Shown in pieces: positions 37,593 to 49,490 of a stretch of 64,000 nucleotides of DNA (its first letter is position 1; each line of letters starts with the position of its first letter). The translations under genes were made by a program, and so were the position numbers. Below the pieces are notes generated by a model that did not search any database, was not told where the DNA came from, and worked only from the letters and a program-made list of their open reading frames with translations. Source of the stretch: Macrostomum lignano (taxonomy: Eukaryota). The stretch is from contig NIVC01001427.1 of the NCBI GenBank assembly GCA_002269645.1, positions 62,001 through 126,000 of the forward strand, given 5' to 3'.

Positions 37593-38289
37593 TTTTAATG
37601 CCTTTAGAGTTACTGCTGCCTGTGTATTAGCTAATGCACTTAGGAGCAACTTGGTAACGCACAGTCAAATGCATGCAAGCACGAATTTCCTTCATGCAAT
37701 GATGAAATCGCAATTGTTATATGAAGCTAACTTAATTCGGTAAAAATAGTAAATGTAGAAGTTAAAAGTTGCGGTGTGAAGATATTACTTTATAGTCCTA
37801 TTGCAGTCCCTATATCACTCATATTACTCATGCGATTTGTTATTTGGAGTTTCAATCAGTCAGCCACGAGTGCGGATCGTGATTTCAAGAGGACGTCAAT
37901 TGTGAGAGGTTGATGGGTGGAAGCAGCAAATTCAAAGGGCAAAAAGTAATCCTTCGTAGTCATGCCAGCAGTACATCATAATGTCGCACGCAGCTTGCAT
38001 AACCATATAAAATTCCATGCCAACTGGAAAGCCTATGTCTTTCTACGACTTTCTACGTCTTTCTACGTACAAAACATACTAATACATGTTTAAGACCTAG
38101 AGAAGTTACTTGTCCTTGAGCCATCCCATTTGCAGAGCCATTATACGAGGCTTTAAAAACTCGTACGAGTATTGCACATCTGCGCAACCACCAATGCAAG
38201 GATGAACTCAGTTGGCTCGGACGGCCGCGCCAGCCAGCACGATCAGCACAACAACACGATCAGCACGATCAGCACAATCAGCGCAACCG

Positions 38290-38960
38290 GCGAGGGCGAC
38301 TCCGTGGAGCAGCCAGACGATCTCCACCGTTTCATCGAAGAAACGCGCTATCTGCCAATCGACGCTAATCATTATCTTTATTGACTTCCGAAAGCGTTCG
38401 ATTCGGTTTCGACAGCCGCATTACCTTTCGTCCTGCAGGCCTATCGGGTTGCACAGTAGCTGACTGACGCCAAATATGTTGTTGTTGCACTGCACGGCAC
38501 AAAAGCTGGTGTTGCGATAGCGGTTCGCCTGTTCGACATGTTCGACCCCTCGTCTGGTGTTCTGCAGGGTGACACGCTGGCGCAGTTTCTCTTTTAGGCT
38601 GGTGATGGCTTCTTGCAGCCTGCTATGGCTTGGCTTCGCTCTACTGTAATCATCTGTTGAAGGCGCCCAGCGCCAGATTGGTTAATAAGCTCAAGACCGC
38701 GAGGTGTTCACTGTGCCGGCTGACATCCCAGCGGATCTGACATGCCGCAGCGAAGACCACACTCGCACGCTGCCAGGGGTGCACCTATCTGGGCGGTCTG
38801 CTGCCTCCCGTAGAGGACATCTGGCGGCGCAGAGGACTCGCCTGGGCGGCCTGTGCTGCCCGACCAAAAAGGGCACGGCTGTGGCAGGCGGTGGTCGATC
38901 GAGACTGTCCTGTGTCGATACGTGGACTGCCTGCAGTGCACTGCTGAAGCTCCGGCAACC
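38290..38960 (+). mobile_element. Degraded RTE-type non-LTR retrotransposon reverse transcriptase fragment
   Basis: Frameshifted motifs RFIEE, IIIFIDFRK/AFDSV, SGVLQGDTLAQFLF, YLGG..DIWRRRGLAW, VDTWT match RT domains of RTE/CR1-like LINEs. Confidence 0.65.
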
Positions 38961-39325
38961 GCTGGCAGGGCGGACTTCGTCGCACCTTAACCGCTTTACC
39001 CTGGTCTTTTGTTGTTGTTGCTGCTGGGGGAGCAACACGTATACTGTACATGTACGCGCGCATTAGGCAAAGCCTTGCATTACATATAGCGTATAGTACA
39101 TCAACATCAAGGACTTCCTTGACTATATTATACGAGTATTATATTCCTTGTTTATAACAAAGTCTTCCTTGATAAAAAAATTATAAACTTTTAGGCTCCG
39201 CTGAAATGGGCTCTAGGCTGTATTGATTGCAGATTGGCGAGACAGTTAACAGATAAAGGACAACTTTTTGGGATACTGTCTATAGGGCACTAGGACCTCC
39301 ATTGCACTTACAATACATATATATA

Positions 39326-40023
39326 CCAAGGACGACTTAAGTAGAAGGACGGGAAACCTCGTTTCTTAGAAAATTTTTGAAGGCACTTTTTCCCGAAAAA
39401 ATACACTGCGGAGATAGGAAATTTTCATGTTTTCAGCACAAAAATTGCTATAACTTTTGATAGGAGGCAGATCCAGTGTTGATCTTTTGATATGTTGTGC
39501 CTTTTTTATTGCTCTATCGATATTTATAAAGCTTTCCGTTCAGAAAATCAGGATTCTATGTTAATTTTTTATTCTACGTATATTTCCTGTATCTAAAAAT
39601 CACAAAAATGCATGACACAGCTCTAATATTTGGTTTTATGAATCTATTTTATCATCTATGTTACGACTATTTGCTATACAGTCAGGTAAAAGGATAAAAT
39701 AGACTCATAAAATCAAAGAGCCAAGCCGTGGCATTCTAATGTATTTCAAGCACAAGACACATGAAAATATACGTAGAATAAAAAATTAACATAGAATCCT
39801 AATTTTCTGAACGGAAAGATTTATAAATATCGATAGAGCAATAAAAAAGGCACAACATATCAAAAGCTCAACACTGGATCTGCCTCCTATCAAAAGTTAT
39901 AGCAATTTTTGTGCTGAAAAAATGAAAATTTCCTATCTCCGCAGTGTATTTTTTCGGGAAAAGTGCCTTCAAAAATTTTCTAAGAAACGAGGTTTCCCGT
40001 CCTTCTACTTAAGTCGTCCTTGA
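39326..40023. mobile_element. MITE / foldback element, 698 bp, with about 260-bp terminal inverted repeats and TA TSD (Tc1/mariner-type)
   Basis: Left CAAGGACGACTTAAGTAGAAGGACGGGAAACCTCGTTTC.., right ..GAAACGAGGTTTCCCGTCCTTCTACTTAAGTCGTCCTTG; arms stay complementary as far as TAAAAAATTAACATAGAATCCT; flanked by TA; non-coding centre. Confidence 0.9.
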
Positions 40024-40126
40024 TATATACATTAATGCATTCTAATTTCTAATTATTGTAAAAATTCATCCATCCATCCAAGTCTAATTCATCCATTCAA
40101 AACTCTTAATAGAATGAAGAGAACAG

Positions 40127-40293
40127 CAGCAGGGGCGTAGCTAGGGCTTAGGGCGTAGAGGGCGTAGAGGGCGTAGATGGGGGAACCGGGGACAAATCCC
40201 CCGGCCGGAGGGGGACAATTTTTTTACCGCTTTTGTAATTAAGCTGGATTGATGTCTCTGTTCCCACTGACGTGAATCCTGAATACGCGCCTG
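40127..40293. mobile_element. Small hAT-like MITE
   Basis: Imperfect TIR CAGGGGCGTAGCTAGG / CCTGAATACGCGCCTG; flanks GAGAACAG and TAGAACAG (7/8 match, 8-bp TSD-like). Confidence 0.5.
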
Positions 40294-41515
40294 TAGAACA
40301 GTGAATTTGTTATTAAATAAGGATTACATGCCAAATCTATTCTTTCTAGAAGCATGCATCGATAAAATTATTTGATTTAATAAAATATATCAATACAATC
40401 CATTAATATTTGTTGTCGCTTGCGTAATCTATAAGTGTTTCTATATATTTTAGACTTTTTCGCAAAAAATTATCTGGCAATGCTCTTCCAAAAGACGAAC
40501 ATTCGATCTGCTTTTGCTTTTTAGTAATAAGTATCGCTATTTTTCTGTAAAAATGAACTAGCTAGCTGATTCACTATGCATTTTGAGGCACATTTATATT
40601 AACTGCTGCTCCTCACATAATTTCGAAGCAAGTACCCGATCGCGATGTTTATTTTATATTTGATGCAGAGATTATGTATGTTTTTTTAAGTTGTCAAGTC
40701 GGTAGAAACGAGAATTTAAAAGAGAGGTTTGTTTTACGCTTTAAATAATGCGTGTCAATTTTTTAAACAGTTGATTTCATTGAAATGGACCAGCCGACCC
40801 TATTGTTTGATATCGATGCTTTCGTTGTCATGATTGTTTTTCAACCTTCAGGATCCACGAAAAGCCAGAAAAGAAGTTTAATTGTTACAAATTCTTGTTA
40901 GTATTCTGGAACGAACACCTGGTGCCTAACAGTGAGTTGTTGAAGAAAAAATTAAAATAAAGAGTAAAGACCCCAACCAACCAAAGACAAAAATCAAAAC
41001 TTAACAACTTGGCTAGAATAGAAATGTATAAACTAAAAACAAGCTATCAATTGTGGTGCATCCCATGTGTTAAATTTGTGATCTCACTAAACTGTTTTGA
41101 TTAGGAATAAATTTTTTACTGCCTTTTTAAATGTTATTTGTCATATAACTTCAAGATGTTATTTGAGAACTGATAGATATATAAAAAGACCTATTTTTGG
41201 CTTCATTCAAGAACAATTAAAAACTTCTAATAATTTATATAATTTAAAAAATACAACCTATTATAATTTCTAATTATGGCTCAGAATGCTAAAATAAGAT
41301 CAGAATCCTAAGCCAGGCTAAGCCAATATAATAATAGCATAATAGGCCTACAGTATTTTTTCAGTCAATTAGCAAATACTAGCAATCTTCGCCCCCCGAT
41401 GGGGGACATCTGGATAGAATCTCTGTTTTCTACAAGTAACAAAAAGACAGCCAAAAATCCTTCAAAAAGACAATAGACAAACTGCTCAAATGAAGTGCAT
41501 TGCAAAAAGAAATCA

Positions 41516-42060
41516 TCCCAAGACTGCAAGCATCCCCCAGATAGCAAGCATCCCCAAGATAGCAAGCATCCCCAAGATAGCAAGCATCCCCCAGATAGCA
41601 AGCATCCCAAGACTGCAAGCATCCCCAAGATAGCAAGCATCCCCCAGATTGCAAGCATCCCCCAGATAGCAAGCATCCCCAAGATAGCAAGCATCCCCCA
41701 GATAGCAAGCATCCCCCAGATAGCAAGCATCCCCAAGATAGCAAGCATCCCTCAGATAGCAAGCATCCCCCAGATAGCAAGCATCCCCAGATAGCAAGCA
41801 TCCCCAAGATAGCAAGCATCCCTCAGATAGCAAGCATCCCCCAGATAGCAAGCATCCCCAGATAGCAAGCATCCCCCAGATAGCAAGCATCCCCAAGATA
41901 GCAAGCATCCCTCAGATAGCAAGCATCCCCCAGATAGCAAGCATCCCCCAGATAGCAAGCATCCCCCAGATAGCAAGCATCCCCAAGATAGCAAGCATCC
42001 CCAAGATAGCAAGCATCCCCCAGATAGCAAGCATCCCCCAGATTGCAAGCATCCACCAGA
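41516..42060. repeat. 18-bp minisatellite GATAGCAAGCATCCCCCA
   Basis: About 30 tandem units with variable C-run; source of several spurious ORFs. Confidence 0.95.
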
Positions 42061-42159
42061 CAATAAGTAGCTAGTGCGACAATTTCCTTAGCATTATAGC
42101 GGCTCCTTTAAAATTCGCTTACTTTTACGTTTGAAATTGTGTATCTTTTATGTTTAACA

Positions 42160-43330
42160 GGGTGGCTCTTTTATGTCATACATTGTGGCTCTTTTATGTT
42201 ATACATTGTGGCTCTTTTTTGTTATACATTGTGGCTCTTTTATGTTATATATTGTGGCTCTTTTTTGTTATACATTGTGGCTCTTTTATGTTATACATTG
42301 TGGCTCTTTTTTGTTCTACGCTCGTACATGGTAACTCTTTTATGTTTGATACGGTGGCTTTTCAATGTCTGACATAGTGGCTCTTCTATGTTTGACATGG
42401 GGGCTCTTCTATGTTTGACATGGGGGCTCTTCTATGTTTGACAAAGTGGCTTTTTAATGTTTGACATGGTGGCTCTATTATGTTTGACATGGTGGCTCTT
42501 TAATGTTCGAAATGGTGGTTCTTTAATGTTCAAAAAGGTGGCTCTTTTATGTTTGACATGATGGCTCTTTAATGTTTGACATGGTGGCTCTTTAATGTTT
42601 GACATGGTGGCTCTTTAATGTTAGACAAAGTAGCTCTTTAATGTTTGACATGATGGCTCTTTAATGTTGGACATGGTGGCTCTTTAATGTTAGACATGGT
42701 GGCTCTTTAATGTTTGACATAAAGTCACTTATATGTTTGACATGATGGCTCTTTTATGTTTAACATGGTGGCTCTTTAATGTTTGACATGGTAGCTCTTT
42801 TATGTTCGACATGGTGGCTCTTTAATGTTCGACATGGTGGCTCTTTTATGTTTGACATGGTGTCGCTTCAATGTTTGACATGGCGGCTCTTTAATGTTCG
42901 ACATGGTGGCTCTTTAATGTTTGACATGGTAACTCTTTTATGTTTGATATGGTGGCTCTTTTATGTTCGACATGGTGGCTCTTTAATGTTCGACATGGTG
43001 GCTCTTTTAGGTTTGAAATGGTGGCTCTTTAATGTTTGACATTGTGGCTCTTTAATGTTTGACATGGTGGCTTTTTAATGTTCGACATGGTGGCTCTTTT
43101 ATGTTTGATATGGTGGCTCTTTTATGTTTGACATGGTGGCTCTTTAATGTTCGACATGGTGGCTCTTTTAGGTTTGACATGGTGGCTCTTTAATGTTTGA
43201 CATGGTGGCTCTTTAATGTTCGACATGGTGGCTCTTTAATGTTTGACATGGTAACTCTTTAATGTTTGACATTGTGGCTCTTTAATGTTTGACATGGTGG
43301 CTTTTTAATGTTCGACATGGTGGCTCTTTA
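42160..43330. repeat. About 23-bp minisatellite GGTGGCTCTTTAATGTTTGACAT
   Basis: About 50 diverged tandem units; left-end variant TGTGGCTCTTTTATGTTATACAT. Confidence 0.95.
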
Positions 43331-44214
43331 ATGTTTAGAATTTTGTGTTTTTTAAGGTGTTTTAATAAAAAAAACATTTTTCACTACTAAGATTCGAACC
43401 AAGGTCGCTACATTTGCATTCCAGTCTGTTTGCATCCGGCTATCTCTTTTCAATTGGAGAACATGACTTGTGGCCCTTATAATTCAATACTTATAGCAAG
43501 TCGGTTAGAGTAAAAAGTTATGACATAATCAATTTCTCAGTCAGCCAGTATCAGTCTCAATTCAAGTTAGCAATATGGTTACGCAATTTAAATCAAGTCT
43601 TGTGTGCATTTCTTCGGCACTGTTTTCAACTGGTTGTGATGCAATCTTTATCACAATCGGAATTCAGCCAGTCAGTTTTTTCTCTAGCATTCTTACAATG
43701 CATTTCAGGTCGAAAGAGCTGCTTGACCTTTGCAAAAAAGCATGTTTTTCGAATATTTAATCCCTTTAATATTGAGCAATTTCTTAGCCAAGATGCATGT
43801 ACTGTCCCAGGAAAATTTCTGATCGAATGGTGCAAGTTTGAAGAAAATCGGTTAAGCTGTTTTTTCTGAAATCTATCTCACAGAGACACACATTTCATTT
43901 TTAGTATATAGGATTTTGCATTAGATACTTGAAATTTTTACAAAATTCTTTTTGTTTTTACTTTCTTCAACAGGTTAGCTTGCTTGCCCCTAGTCAAGAA
44001 ACAACTTTAATCTTATACTATAAGCCTATTTGAAATTTTGATTAGCATTTATACTTATATACAGTTTTTTAATTAGAATTTCTAAAGTGTTTTAAGATTT
44101 TTTCAATGGGCCTAAACAAATAACAATATGTTTCTATGCTTTTTGGTGCCTATGCTTTTTGGTGCCCTAGTGTATGATGCTTAAATAATAAAAAAGTAAT
44201 CTAATAATAGTATA

Positions 44215-45554
44215 CAAGTGTTATTTCAAAAGTTCATAGAAAGTGATAAAAAGCAAGCAGATATCAAAAAGCTGGTTGCAACACATTAATCAGCATCTCA
44301 ATTTGATCTCTCAATGTAATTGCCACATATACACATATGTATACATATATACACATATATACACATTCGCATGCACTATAGCCAGCTATCAAAGCAACCC
44401 TTAAAATCAGCTTTTTCAATGGAGTTGAGCTGCTCATTCACAGTAAAAATCAGCTCATCACAAGTCAAACAACTTTCATATAGCGGCTGCTTGATTTTCA
44501 GAAATAACCAAAAAACACACAATGCCAGATCCAGTGAATACGACAGAGTGCTCAGCAGCTTGATGCTAGAAGCATGAATGTCTTGCACTGTGTTGTTCAT
44601 TGTGTGCGCAGGTGCGTTATTGTGATGTAGGAAGTAGTGGCATAGCTTAGCTTTGCCATGGCCAGCTGCAATGGAATTGAACACAATGAGCAAAAAGCTG
44701 GTCATGTACCAATCAGATGTCACAGTGCAGCCTTTCTCAATAGGCACTAAGGCTACAATGCCTCTGGGTGAGAAGAAAATTGCAAACATGATTTTCCCAG
44801 CTGACCTCATCTGCTTTGCCTTTTGCAGAGGTGGGGCTCCTTTCAGTGACCAAAACATTGACTGTGATTTAGTTTGCGGGTCGTACTGATAACACTAGGC
44901 TTCATCACCTGTGACAATATTCTGAAAGTTTGCAGATGCTCCATCTTTTAACTGATCCAGGAAATTTTTGTAGAAATCAATTCTCTGCTGCTTCTGCTCA
45001 GGCAAGAGGATTTGTGGCACCCATTTGACAGCTTTCTTGGTGACACCAAAATCTTCATGCAAGATCCTCCAAATCAATGTGGCATCAATGCCCAAACTCT
45101 CCTCCATCTTCTCAATTGTTAGTCTTGCATCCTTGTTCAATGCTCACTGCACAGCAGCCACATTTAAGGAGTCTGTTGATGTTCTTGGATGACCATCTCT
45201 TGGCTCATCAGCCAGATTGAAATGGCTGGCTCTAAAGCAACCAAACCACTTGTGTACAGTGCTAAGCGATAGAGCTTCATCTTGCAATACAGTCTTCATC
45301 TTAGCAGTAGCTTCATTTGCGCTAGAGCCTCAATGAAACAGAAACATCATTATGGCTCTTGACTGCTCCTTGGAGAATGCAGGAAATGCAGTGGGGGTTC
45401 AGAGTTTGATTGCAGATTTCTGGTGGCCATTTCAATTAATTTTGCTGAAAATTTAGCTATAGGCTTTGGGTATATGAAATAGTATTTGTGAAAAGTTTCA
45501 AGGCTATAGCTTAATGCAAAGATGGCTTTTCTAAAACTTTTGAAATACCCCTTG
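44215..45554 (-). mobile_element. Full-length but inactive mariner transposon (1340 bp)
   Basis: TIRs CAAGTGTTATTTCAAAAGTT and AACTTTTTGAAATACCCCTTG with TA on both sides. Transposase with HTH (TVHKWF), KWVPQIL, IVTGDE, HNNAPAH (third-to-second catalytic region degraded) and YSLDLA (YSPDLAP); internal stops. Confidence 0.92.
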
Positions 45555-47270
45555 TAATAAATGCTTTATAAAACTTTTTATTTTCCTAATATGGTAAATT
45601 GGTAGGTTTCTTTAATTTTGAGAGTCCATTTGATTTAATTGCATTTGCTATATCCTATATTAGATACAAGGCTGCACTTTGCATGTATGCTAAGAAGAAT
45701 TAGTTAGGTAAAGATGAAATCTATCAAGTTTTGATCAAAATTATAGAATGTGAGTCATGGTGAATCTATTTTGATATTGATTTTTTGAATCATGCTTATG
45801 ATTGACATCTTAAGAAATTGAGATAAAAATTAATATATAGATTTAAATAAAATGAGAGGCTTCTCAAAATTATAACAGTAGATCAGCTTCACAAAATGAA
45901 TAATACCTTAGTTATTTAAAGTAAAGAAGTATTGCAAAGCATATATTGTTAAATTAAGGCTCACTTTCTATTTTTTGTATCTATTCTAACTTATAATTTA
46001 GGTACCAAAAATCAAACTAAGGTACTGAAATGCTAGACACTGAAAAGCATTGGAATTGAAGTGTGGATATCTAATAGTACATAGAATTTTTTAAAATTAT
46101 AGTAATAGCAAATTGTTATAAATGAATTATATTAAGTAATAAATAAATTGTGACATTAAGTTATACAAATCATGTATCATTTAGTAGTGATAGTAAAGTA
46201 GGCCTATCTTATTTAATGATAGGCCTTTTCAGTGGTCTTAAGTGTCTAGTGACTAATTTTTTGCCCCTAAGCCATTTTTGCCATGGATGTTTTATCCTTA
46301 GACTATTCAGCCTATAGGCCATTTTGCCCCTAAGCCAATTTGGTCCAACTAGTTCAACCAAGGTAGTAGGAATGTTTATACATTCTTTGTTAGTCTTGAA
46401 GTAAATTGACAAATTTTTAGTCTTGTGAATTTTTTTGAATTACTATATTTATAGATCTATATATATTATAATTACAATTGCTAAATTTGCCAAAATAAAT
46501 TAACGGTTAGCTGACTAGGCTCATGATCTTGGTAGAAGTCTATTGCCATGGGAATGATCTACTATGGTAGATATAGATAGATATAAACAGATTGCTAAAT
46601 TGCCCAACTATCATTAATATACAAGCTCTAGGCTAAGTAGACAGGTAGATATACTTTATATAACTTGCCATTAAGTGTGGAATTTATATTGTCTATGCAG
46701 CTTGCAGTTTGAATTTAGCTCAAATTAAGAACTTTTCTATCACACTACAAACCACTGGCTAATTTTTCATTCCCAAAGTAATGCATGGAATCAGACCAGG
46801 GGTTGCGATATATGAGTTGGACGTGTTTACCATTGAGCTTGTTCTGTCCTTTATAAACAGTTTTATTTTTTACACTAAATGCTAGTTTTCTACTAAATAT
46901 AGACACTATATAAATATATTTCTACTATTTGACATGAAATTTAAAAACAATTAGGTTCTAACATGCAGCTTTGGAGTTGTTTTGCCTATCTTAAGGAAGG
47001 AATGTGCAGGCTTCTATAATAAGGCAAATATTTGTGTAGCTCATAATTATTCAAAAGATCATTGAGTCTCTTTGGATATTCATAAGTCTATGTATGCAAT
47101 TTTCATTGAAGATTAGACTTGGGTTATAGCTAATATGCTATTCTGCATAGACAATGGCTGATCTCAAAGCTCAAGTTGAGCATTAGGCCTACTCTGACCA
47201 GGACTTGCCATTTTCATTTTCCTTACTCTTTCTGTTCAGTTGACCTCTCTTAAACCTGGATAAGCTGCTT

Positions 47271-47567
47271 CATACATGCGCAACAGTCGGCCGAGTCGGC
47301 CGATCCGGCCGACCGATTTGACGGCCAACCAAGGAGGTCGCAAAAATGCCCACCCAAATAGATACTAAAGTAGTAGTACTAAGTAGCTGACGAGGCATTT
47401 TGACCTAATAAGACAGTCATAGTTACTCCTGCCGTTTACCCAAAGTTGCGTTAATTTTGCTTTAGGGTTTTTTACATGTAAGTCACACTTTTGGCCAAAA
47501 ACTATGTCGCATTTTTGTTAAAACTAAGTCGCATGGCCGACCGAATTTTGGAGGTTGCGCATGTATG
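47271..47567. mobile_element. 297-bp MITE with 14-bp TIR and perfect 8-bp TSD (P-element or hAT superfamily)
   Basis: CATACATGCGCAAC / GTTGCGCATGTATG; TSD AGCTGCTT at 47263-47270 and 47568-47575. Confidence 0.85.
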
Positions 47568-48359
47568 AGCTGCTTTGGCTAAATCTGACATAAGATCGCA
47601 ATGTACTTTCATAAGATTTCCTCGCGCAATGGGTAGTGCGCTGGATTGAAGCTGTATTCTCTCTGGCTCCATCCGGGATCAGGGGGCAGCTGGAACTAGG
47701 GAAGGCAACTCCTTTAGCGATGTTATTGGAGATCGGTGAGCTTCCCCTTGACCCGAGATTGAACCCGGCCTGCTCATTGAGATCTTCTGCCTTTTATTCC
47801 CAACTCAATCTGCTTTTGATTTGTTTCAAATCCCGACAGACAGAGCTGCAATCCCGCTGTGCTGCAATGCGATTTGAAATTTCCTGGCCAGCGCGAAAGG
47901 TCAAGCAGCTGCAGCGCTGGCTCGGCTTACTGATAGCCAATGCTGTACCGCATGGCGGATGCTCGCTTAGATGCAGTTTAGATGCATCAATTTCCCGTGT
48001 TCGCTGCAGCCTCTTTCCCCCCGCGTGTGGTTGTGGCCATGTTTTTCCAATGAAGGGGATTCTCTGCAGAACAGGACGCTTCAGCGCCAGCTGACTGCTA
48101 ACGTTAGATTAGAGCCGCAGCCACGGCTGAGGGGGAGGGGCATTCTTGAAGCAGTTTTTTCAATGCTTTTTAACTGCAGGGGCACAAGCTTGATGTCTCT
48201 GTTAGTATGAGTGCTCCAGATTCAATAGTCTGGCTGCTTGGGACCACCAACTGCCATTCTAGCCATTCTTTTAGTAGTTCGTCTATTGCGTAACCCAAGC
48301 AGATCTACAAACTTTTCTACCTCAAGGGCCGGGTAAAAAATCTTGCTTAATGGTTGCGG

Positions 48360-48570
48360 GCCAGATGAGAGGAGAGAAGAGTGAATAGAGGAGAGAAAGA
48401 ATAGGAAATATGAGATGAGAGATGAGAGAAGACAGGAAAACACCAGAGATGAGATAATAGGAGAGAGGAGAAAAGAATATAGATAAGATGAGAGATAAAA
48501 GGAGAGAAGAGATGAGAGAAAAGAAACGAGTGGAGAGAAGATCGGGAGAAGTATAAGAGAACTGAGAAGA
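48360..48570. repeat. Degenerate GA-rich low-complexity tract
   Basis: AGAGGAGAGAAGA / GATGAGA motifs. Confidence 0.8.
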
Positions 48571-49139
48571 GGCCTTTAGCGGGCCGGATTGCTATTGTGA
48601 AGTTTTAAAGGACCCGAGGGCTGGATAGAGAGGCTTCGTGGGCCGGAGTTTGACGACCTCTGGTGTAACCCCATCGGCTGGCCCAAATCTGCAGCTTAAC
48701 AGTTCAGCACTTGGCTATATAAAAGCCATTGGCTAACCGCGGTCACTCTTCCAATTTACTAAACTGTAAGGATTTCAAAGGCATTGAGCAAATACTCCCC
48801 GATTGTGGAAATAGAATTGAGTTTTGCAGCTGGCGTCTGTGCATTAGTGCATTTCCTCTTCGAGCGCTCTCCCCGCTGCCCCGCTGGGAGCGCCACTGGG
48901 TCGCTTTGAGTGGCCTGCTGATGCCGGGGAGGGGAGGCTGTGGCGAAATGAGATGAGGCTGAGTGGCCAGCTCTGGGCCTTCAATTTATTAGCCTAAGCC
49001 TGCTGGCTGTTGCGGGGCTTCGGCGCGACAGTTTCTTCAATTTGTTAGGGAAGGCCTTCGATTCTGCTGTGCGCATGTAGCTGAGGGCGCTGTGGCCTCT
49101 GCCGCCTTCAATTGATCAGCTGCTGATGCTCATAGTTGC

Positions 49140-49490
49140 TCTCATCTACTCTCATCCTTCTCTGTCTACTCCCACTCTTGTCTGCGTCTAATCTCACCCT
49201 TCTCTGTCTACTCCCACTATTGTCTGCGTCTACTCTCATCCTTCTCTGTCTCTCCACTCTTGTCTGCGTCTAATCTCACCCTTCTCTCTCTACTCCCACT
49301 CTTGTCTGCGTCTAATCTCACCCTTCTCTCTCTACTCCCACTCTTGTCTGCGTCTACTCTCATCCTTCTCTGTCTACTCCCACTCTTGTCTGCGTCTAAT
49401 CTCACCCTTCTCTCTCTACTCCCACTCTTGTCTGCGTCTAATCTCACCTTCTCTGTCCACTCCCACTCTTGTCTGCGTCTACTCGCAGTT
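49140..49490. repeat. 42-bp minisatellite
   Basis: CTACTCCCACTCTTGTCTGCGTCTAATCTCACCCTTCTCTGT, about 8 units. Confidence 0.92.

Noticed and set aside
37035-37649. 204-aa minus-strand ORF
   Set aside because: Antisense to the TULIP-like frame, which has the better family pattern and codon bias.
41365-43039. Multiple ORFs with LGDACY, IASIPQ or WLFNV repeats
   Set aside because: Products of the 18-bp and 23-bp minisatellites.
43370-43445. Second tRNA-like/SINE head on the minus strand (GGTTCGAATC)
   Set aside because: Only a B box is clear; no convincing A box, cloverleaf or body.
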